Source: Acinetobacter phage nACB2. Taken from it: 64,000 nucleotides of DNA. Both the position numbers and the translations under genes were made by a program. The stretch lies in the sequence record OQ032512.1. One strand, 5' to 3'. Below, one piece after another: positions 57,893 through 64,000 of the stretch. Below the pieces are notes generated by a model. That model worked only from the letters and a program-made list of their open reading frames with translations. It was not told the DNA's origin and ran no database searches. Numbering within the stretch: position 1 is the first letter of the stretch; each line of letters begins with the position of its first letter.

Positions 57893-59377
57893 TCAAATAT
57901 CAACCTTAATGGTTTTGATTGTTTGTCCCTCTTCCCTGTATATATCTAAACGCTCGGCAGCCCATTCCATTGTTCTATTTCTACGCCCGTCAAACTTCAT
58001 TTCATCTATCAAGTCGTAAATGAACGCAATGTCTTTAGAGTCGTGAATACGCAACATACGCCCTATTGATTGCTGAATTCTGATATTTGACTTACTTGGG
58101 AATGCAAATACTAAATTGTGCAGCTTCTTGATAGAGATACCTGTAGACGTTGTTCCATATGACGCTAAGAGAATGACGTCATCATGCGTTTCCATGTAGC
58201 GCTTGATTTCTTCTCTTTCTTCAACTGAAATTTCGCCGTGAATAACAAAGGGCTTCAAACCTGCTTTGATCATCTCTTCTTTAACAACTTCTAGGTGTGT
58301 CTCAATATTGTTAAACAAAAACAATGAGTTACCTTTGAGTTTGCGCCCTAGATTTACTAGAATTTTATTTCTTGGTTCATATCCACATATGATTTTAGTT
58401 TCCTTCTCCAAAGTACAGTCATTACGCCATTTGCGTCTTTGTTCTGTTGGATAAGACATTACGATCATATTAACAACTGTTTTAGTGGCTAAACCTCTGT
58501 CTTGCAGTTGTTTTGTAGTTACTAGGCGCTTAGAATCTCCAAAAATCTTACAAACTCTGATCTTATGATTTGGGTCATTTCTTCTGAGTGTACCTGTTAA
58601 GCCTACGCGCTGCCAACAGTTGATACAAGATGAGCTGATATAATCTAGGCTTTCTGAGCTGAATGTATGAGCTTCATCCCCCATTAAGAAATTGAACGGT
58701 TGGAAAAATTCTCTGTCTTGATTCTTTAGAGTCTGCCACGTACAAATTACAATTCTTTTTCTTGTATATGGACTTACGCCGTCACCAGCTACGTGAACAA
58801 ACGCATCTGTATCCCAGCCGTTGAGTTGAGAATAGTCCTTGAAGTCTTTATATAACTGTTGAGTCAACTGAAGGGTTGGGACAACAATAAGAATCTTAGC
58901 CTCATCAGCCATCATATCGAGCCAAAATCTGGATTTCATGTATTGCATCAAAGATTTACCAGCTGATGTAGCTGCCAGAGCAAGGTATCTCGTATACTTC
59001 ACGCTGTAGTAAAGCGCTTCAACTTGGTAGTCGTAAGGCTTGATGGGATTGCCGCCAGATGAAACATTGAGATTATCAACCCATTCCTGAATGTCTTCTC
59101 GGCTGATATCTCTGACTAGATTCTTCAATAACGGTTCGATGTCTACTTTGTCTTCGTAATCTTTACAAAGTTTCAGCATCATGGAAAGCAAGCCTGAAGG
59201 GAATGTACCATTCTTTTTATTGAACATACGTACAGTTCCATCCCACTTTGTCCAAGCATTGCGCTCGAAAGTGGGGTCTTGATATCTCAAAGTATCATAA
59301 GCTGCTTGCCATAGGCTATCATTGTCCGTTTCCAAGAACAAGGTACTAGCGTTCACTACACCAACAAAAGCAGCCAT
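57893..59377 (-). CDS. uvsW: UvsW-like SF2 DNA helicase
   Basis: Walker A ATSAGKS, DEAH MGDEAHT, motif VI QSIGRMLR. Confidence 0.7.
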   Translation of the reverse strand: MAAFVGVVNASTLFLETDNDSLWQAAYDTLRYQDPTFERNAWTKWDGTVRMFNKKNGTFPSGLLSMMLKLCKDYEDKVDIEPLLKNLVRDISREDIQEWVDNLNVSSGGNPIKPYDYQVEALYYSVKYTRYLALAATSAGKSLMQYMKSRFWLDMMADEAKILIVVPTLQLTQQLYKDFKDYSQLNGWDTDAFVHVAGDGVSPYTRKRIVICTWQTLKNQDREFFQPFNFLMGDEAHTFSSESLDYISSSCINCWQRVGLTGTLRRNDPNHKIRVCKIFGDSKRLVTTKQLQDRGLATKTVVNMIVMSYPTEQRRKWRNDCTLEKETKIICGYEPRNKILVNLGRKLKGNSLFLFNNIETHLEVVKEEMIKAGLKPFVIHGEISVEEREEIKRYMETHDDVILLASYGTTSTGISIKKLHNLVFAFPSKSNIRIQQSIGRMLRIHDSKDIAFIYDLIDEMKFDGRRNRTMEWAAERLDIYREEGQTIKTIKVDI

Positions 59378-59413
59378 AAGAATCTTCCATAGATATCAAT
59401 TATGTACTTACCA

Positions 59414-59719
59414 TCATAATTCCCAATATAATATAGCTTTCTTAATCACGTTCCCGTGACATTGTTTCGGGCTACAGAAGCATTGTAGGTTCAAATCGCC
59501 TTCCGAGCTTATACCTTTAAGGCGTTTCAAATCATTTATGATTTTTCTATTTCCTTGGTTCACTTGATTTTTAAGCCATTCTTCGTATTGATCAATGACT
59601 CTTTTACGACTAACTTCGCCATTTAGCGGAAATGGATTCCCCAGAATAGTTGGACGTCCAATATAAACTGTCGTTCCAGAATACACTTGGGTATCACTTT
59701 TGTTTATTATGCGTATCAT
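59414..59719 (-). CDS. Small conserved phage protein (GNPF...CxC..CH motifs)
   Basis: ILGNPFPL...CFCSPKQCHG. Confidence 0.4.
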   Translation of the reverse strand: MIRIINKSDTQVYSGTTVYIGRPTILGNPFPLNGEVSRKRVIDQYEEWLKNQVNQGNRKIINDLKRLKGISSEGDLNLQCFCSPKQCHGNVIKKAILYWEL

Positions 59720-60039
59720 AATTCAGACTCATCTAAAGTTGAAAGAATCATCTGCTGACTTTGTTTCTGTCCTTTACGTCCATTTGTAATAGCGTTCTGC
59801 TTAGCTACGGAATGTCTAAATGCGCGTCGGCGGTCTTTTTCAGCCTGTTTTGCCGCTCGCTTTTCAGCCTGTCGAGTAGTGCGTCCATCTGGAGACTGAG
59901 ATAAGAAATTTGGTTCAAATCCAGTTTCCGGAATACTAATTTTTCTAGCTGGAGACGCTTCAACAGCTTGCATTTGACCAGCTACAGCCATAAGCATACC
60001 AATATTTGAAAGTCTTTTACCAATCATGACATAATCCAC
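59716..60039 (-). CDS. Hypothetical basic protein
   Basis: ORF only. Confidence 0.35.
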   Translation of the reverse strand: MDYVMIGKRLSNIGMLMAVAGQMQAVEASPARKISIPETGFEPNFLSQSPDGRTTRQAEKRAAKQAEKDRRRAFRHSVAKQNAITNGRKGQKQSQQMILSTLDESEL

Positions 60040-60532
60040 ATAATTTAATACGAGTGTTCATTAAAATAATACCAAGATTATTAGCGCCGCAACCTGTTTT
60101 ATGGTCTACGCCCCAATAATTATCTTTCCACCAGTTACCTTCTATCAATGTCTTATCGTTAGTTGAAATCAACTTTTCTAACAAGTTTGGATTGTTTTCA
60201 AATTTCTTCAAAACTATAGATTGCATATACTTCAATCTGTTAGGTATGAATGAACTATCAAGTCGATGGTCTTTACCCTTTAGATCAAATTGTTCTTTAG
60301 CGAAGACTTTAGATTTTTTAGGAGACATTTTAGATACAAGACGTTTTGTCTCCATATCCAAGAACTTACAAGACTGATAAGCAGCTTCTGAACTAAAAAA
60401 ATTCAATATGAGCAATGATTATAGGCTTGTCCAATACCTGCATATTACTCAGATATTTGTTATCAGCATTGTCGTAGAAATTTCTGATTTCAGAATGTTC
60501 TTCTTTATACCAATCTTGAGATGTACTTTTCA
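60017..60532 (-). pseudogene. NADAR-domain gene disrupted by two 1-nt frame changes at short homopolymers (YbiA-like N-glycosidase/ADP-ribose family)
   Basis: Three pieces in two frames together recreate a full YbiA-like N-terminus. The C-terminal 132-aa ORF carries the NADAR core DNYWG...G.G.N.LG..LM..R. Confidence 0.55.
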
Positions 60533-61640
60533 TAAAGTCTCCAGTTATAACTCAACTGCGGTAACCAATTTGAAACCTACTCTAGACGATTGGCCAGACC
60601 ACTACCATCAATCTCAAACTGTTTTCACAATATTATGGTTTGCTCACCTTGTTCTGACTAGCGCCTGAAAGGTTATAACCTCTGTCTTCATCAGACATTA
60701 ACTAGCTAGTTGAACCACCTCACTTTTTCTGTCACGCCCCTAATGAACATAACCCCAGTAATCTCGGAATGAACCTTACAAACATCAATCTATCACCGCA
60801 GATAAATTATAAAACCGAATGACTCAACTCTATATAAATCAAATAAAAAGGAGTCAAAAGACTCCTAGCGTTTAAGATAGAATTGTGTGGCGGCGTGGTA
60901 GCTATCAACCTCTAGCTTTTCTTTACCTTTAACGCAAATAACGTTACCACTATGATTTTCCAAAACCATTTCATCGCTTGTTCTAAAGAATGAACCTCTT
61001 TCATATGTTTATCTCATGATCAGATTATTTATAAATTCCATTTCAACGTCTGTAATAAACAGCATCTAAATGGTCTATTTTTATACAGCTGTACTACCGT
61101 GTGAGACCTATAATTTAGTAATGGCTCTTGTCTAATATATACAAGGTTTCACCCCTTTCTCACATTCTTCCCATAAATCACAAGGTGATAATTCAGGAAA
61201 TTAAGAATGACACTTGACCAAGTGTATCTTCAAATGAATGAAGACTGATACTAGGAACCCAGATTTCAATTAAGGAAATCTCAACGCCTGAATGTTCAGC
61301 TGACGTTGCTCACACTGTATTACTACAGAATCAAGATAAAATCTCAACCTTATCATCATATAATGTTTAACGTGATCTGATGATCCAATACAATTATAGG
61401 GGTCAATCTGAACTTCAATTGTAAAGGCTTCCAAACACGGTAGTCTATCAGATTGATATTAGACAAATGGGCTTAATGAAGGAGAAAAATCTCAAGATGC
61501 CATTTGAATCAATTCAAATTTTTGAATTTTACCATTCTGACCACTTTCTCTCAAGTTTAGACCTTGAGGAAAACTAGACTGAACTTTTACGTCCAAGAAT
61601 CCTTGTCATGTGTATAGGTGAAAACATAAACAAGGCAACA

Positions 61641-61670
61641 AGCAAGGCTGATTATAAATCCTTTGTTTTT
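61641..61670 (-). promoter_or_regulatory. Early promoter on the - strand (CTTTAC-N18-TATAAT) reading into the ORF-free region
   Basis: + strand reads attata-N18-gtaaag. Confidence 0.5.
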
Positions 61671-61759
61671 AAAAGTAAAGTATTTTTATTATTTGATTTT
61701 TATCTATATGATGGTCTTTACAGTAAAATAGCTGTATCATTCAAACAAGGAGCAATGAT

Positions 61760-62032
61760 ATGCCTATTATATTAGGATTGTTAATTGTCATAGGTGTGCT
61801 ATCGTACCTGTACTACGTTGAGCGTAAACGTAACCAATCTTACATTTCTCAAGATGAATCTGAGTTGCGTGGTTACGTTTATGCAACTGAACAACTTGAT
61901 GAACATTTCACAATTATGAAATTTGAAGAATTGAAATGTATGTCTGAAGTTTCTGTAGCTGGATATTCAAGATTCCACGAAGGTATCCGTAGAAAGCTAA
62001 AAGAAGTAAACGTTGAACATTTAGAGACATAA
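61760..62032 (+). CDS. Small membrane protein
   Basis: N-terminal TM helix IILGLLIVIGVLSYLYY. Confidence 0.45.
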   Translation: MPIILGLLIVIGVLSYLYYVERKRNQSYISQDESELRGYVYATEQLDEHFTIMKFEELKCMSEVSVAGYSRFHEGIRRKLKEVNVEHLET

Positions 62033-62075
62033 TCCTTTATTTCAAACCTCAAATACATTAAAATAGGAGATTAGG

Positions 62076-62486
62076 GTGGATACTATTGTAATTTTTACAG
62101 CTATAATGCTGATAATGATGTCACCTATGGGAATATTATGGGTAGTGGCTTCTGACCATAAAAGAATAGTTGACGCTGAAAGTTTTAGACAACTATTACT
62201 TCGTGAAGACTTTGAAGATACAAAACATCTATTGTTTGGGCGACTAGGGTGGGCTGAAGCTTTAGAAGTTGATGAAGAAAATATGCTTTTCAAATACAAG
62301 TTTGAAGCTGACGGCGTTACTCTTTTTTCAAATCAAGATAAAGATGGATATGCTCTTTTAACAATAGATGCAGATAATCTTAGTTGGCAATCTACAAAGC
62401 AAACGAAAAGATCCATTTTACAATTTCACACTTATTTGCATTTTCGCAATTTCATTCAACAATTAAAGGCAAAAGATGAACATTAA
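62076..62486 (+). CDS. Membrane-anchored hypothetical protein
   Basis: N-terminal TM helix. Confidence 0.4.
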   Translation: MDTIVIFTAIMLIMMSPMGILWVVASDHKRIVDAESFRQLLLREDFEDTKHLLFGRLGWAEALEVDEENMLFKYKFEADGVTLFSNQDKDGYALLTIDADNLSWQSTKQTKRSILQFHTYLHFRNFIQQLKAKDEH

Positions 62487-63036
62487 ACCTTTACAGTATC
62501 CGCAACAATTTCAAGAATTATTGACGCCGTTATCTATTCTTGAAATATGGACTGACGGCGGTGTGACAAACAACGGCAAAGAGAATTCATTTGGAGGGTG
62601 GTCATACGTAGCCATTAAACCAAATGAAAAGCCGAAAATTGGTTATTCTGAACACGTTCCTGGTATTGTTACCAACAACCGTTGTGAAATCATGGGCGTT
62701 ATGGCTGCAATAGTTGAATTCGCTAATCCAGAGTGTAAACTCATTGTGCATAGCGATTCTCAGTATGTAGTTAAGACGGTGAATGAATGGCGTCACGGCT
62801 GGAAGCGTAAAAACCCTGCTTTAATCAAGAATAAAGAACTCTTTGAACAACTATTTGATCTTGTGGATAAAAATCACGTAGAATTGAAGTGGGTGAAGGG
62901 TCATTCTACATGCGTTGGAAACAATATCGCAGACTTTTGGGCAACTAAGGCTATGCACAAACAAAAACCTTCTGACGCTCATCTAGAAAAGGCTGATATT
63001 ATCTACTACGAAAGCGTGGAAGGGTTTTCAATATGA
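62476..63036 (+). CDS. RNase HI-type ribonuclease H
   Basis: IWTDGG...E...HSDSQYVV...KWVKGH...N..AD is the RNase H DEDD pattern. Confidence 0.7.
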   Translation: MNIKPLQYPQQFQELLTPLSILEIWTDGGVTNNGKENSFGGWSYVAIKPNEKPKIGYSEHVPGIVTNNRCEIMGVMAAIVEFANPECKLIVHSDSQYVVKTVNEWRHGWKRKNPALIKNKELFEQLFDLVDKNHVELKWVKGHSTCVGNNIADFWATKAMHKQKPSDAHLEKADIIYYESVEGFSI

Positions 63037-63623
63037 GCAAACAAAATTACGTTGACAATGAAAGACTCTCAGACGACATATTAGACTGGGTTGGAAAATA
63101 TAATGACGCAATGTCTGCAGGTCTTCCTAAACCTAGAATACCAGAACGCGTTGGAAGAGATATATTGTTAATTGCTGTCAACCTTGCGCGCCTTCCTAAA
63201 TTCAACCGTTACACTTGGTTGGAAGAAATGGTTGGCGATGCTGTAGAGAATACCTTAAAATACCTACATAATTTTAATGGCGGCGTATCAACAAGAATCG
63301 GTAAACCTAATGCTTTCAGCTGGATCACTATTTCTATGGAACGCGTGTTCTATGATCGCATAGAAAGTGAGAACAGACAACTCTATTATCGCAACAAGAT
63401 GGGCGTTGAAGCATTTGATGAAATGGGAAGCGAAATTGAGAATGGCGATCTAGGTTCTGCTGATACAACTCAGAAAATTTCAAATGATATGCGAGAACGC
63501 GTTGGAAGCTATGAACAACAACAACGCAAAAGAAAAGAGAAAGAACGCCAGAAACAGGATGAAAAGAAACAATCTGTTCCTACTGGTACAATTTCTCTAT
63601 CAGAACTGTTTTTGTCGGAGTGA
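63033..63623 (+). CDS. 55: Late-transcription sigma factor gp55
   Basis: NYVDNERLSDDILDW and YLHNFNG align with T4 gp55 NYVNNKELLQAIIDW and GLHNFDE. Confidence 0.7.
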   Translation: MSKQNYVDNERLSDDILDWVGKYNDAMSAGLPKPRIPERVGRDILLIAVNLARLPKFNRYTWLEEMVGDAVENTLKYLHNFNGGVSTRIGKPNAFSWITISMERVFYDRIESENRQLYYRNKMGVEAFDEMGSEIENGDLGSADTTQKISNDMRERVGSYEQQQRKRKEKERQKQDEKKQSVPTGTISLSELFLSE

Positions 63624-63953
63624 ATGATGATATCTTTAATTTCTGAATCTAAAACACCTCGTCTTGGAACTGCGACTTCAAAACGTCTTGATGAGATGTC
63701 TCAACTGAAGTCATTCATTACCAAAACACCAACTAATGGTTATTCGTATGAAATAAAAAGTAGCTCTCAAGCCTACGAGGGCGGATTTTTCTCAGACGAA
63801 CTTTTGAAAATAGCTGAGACGGTTCCTTCAAATTTAGATCGAATTATAGCCCAGAAAAGTGCTATACAAGCTCGTGAATATCACAACAACCGTCATCTAG
63901 ATGGTCTTAGCGACTATGAAAGACATTTCTGGAAGAAATGTCCAGAATGGTAG
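63624..63953 (+). CDS. Hypothetical protein
   Basis: ORF only. Confidence 0.4.
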   Translation: MMISLISESKTPRLGTATSKRLDEMSQLKSFITKTPTNGYSYEIKSSSQAYEGGFFSDELLKIAETVPSNLDRIIAQKSAIQAREYHNNRHLDGLSDYERHFWKKCPEW

Positions 63954-64000
63954 ACTATAGGACGAAGGGGCGATCTAATCCATCAATAAATATAGAACGC

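Noticed and set aside
60392-60402. Programmed ribosomal frameshift at the T7 run of the NADAR gene
   Set aside because: A second frame change 90 nt upstream at a non-slippery site is also required, and the zero frame has stops on both sides. Mutation or sequencing error is more parsimonious.
60408-60668. + strand 86-aa ORF opposite the NADAR remnant
   Set aside because: It is antisense to the NADAR N-terminal fragments and has no RBS.
61540-61590. Anticodon-arm-like hairpin CTCAAG-tttagac-CTTGAG (possible tRNA-Leu UAG) in the ORF-free region
   Set aside because: No acceptor stem, D arm or GTTCRANYC T-loop can be drawn around it.
1-64000. CRISPR arrays, tRNA genes and rRNA
   Set aside because: No regularly spaced direct repeats and no tRNA-like cloverleaf were recognised by eye. 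The two ORF-free regions remain the only places a small RNA could hide.

Overview
This 64-kb window is part of a lytic T4-like myovirus genome. Core replication and structural genes are clearly homologous to T4, but the gene order is not T4's and most resembles the distant ViI-like/Ackermannviridae lineage. Phage-type terminators and promoters are used throughout, and the sequence is AT-rich. The + strand from 1.1 to 19.6 kb carries early replication and nucleotide-metabolism genes: sliding clamp gp45, clamp loader gp44 and gp62, RegA, UvsX, helicase gp41 and DNA ligase gp30. Embedded in that block are a thymidylate-synthase-family pyrimidine hydroxymethylase, a dNMP-kinase::MazG-like NTP-pyrophosphatase fusion, two paralogous ~300-aa proteins, a P-loop ATPase and a Macro-domain protein. 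Together they look like a thymidine (5-hmdU) hypermodification module. A 1094-aa protein with a ParB/Srx DG(R)HR domain sits where the primase would be. From 19.7 to 31.2 kb the + strand carries a compact late block: gp6-like, gp7-like, a split tail sheath (two N-terminal-domain ORFs plus the main ORF), tube gp19, portal gp20, gp67, gp68, protease gp21, scaffold gp22 and major capsid gp23. From 31.3 to 60.5 kb the - strand carries a GIY-YIG homing endonuclease, many small early ORFs, an HU-like gene, topoisomerase II (gp52, gp39), dexA, uvsW and uvsY. The DNA polymerase gp43 there is interrupted by a canonical group I intron that encodes an HNH endonuclease. At 62 to 64 kb there is an RNase HI and the late sigma factor gp55. 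Other notable items are a frameshifted NADAR gene and a minimal ADP-ribosyltransferase-like ORF. Nine early promoters of the form CTTTAC-N18-TATAAT are present, along with a conserved 5' leader shared by five early genes and two ORF-free regions of about 1.1 kb each. All calls are from reading the sequence and recalled family motifs; no database searches were run.
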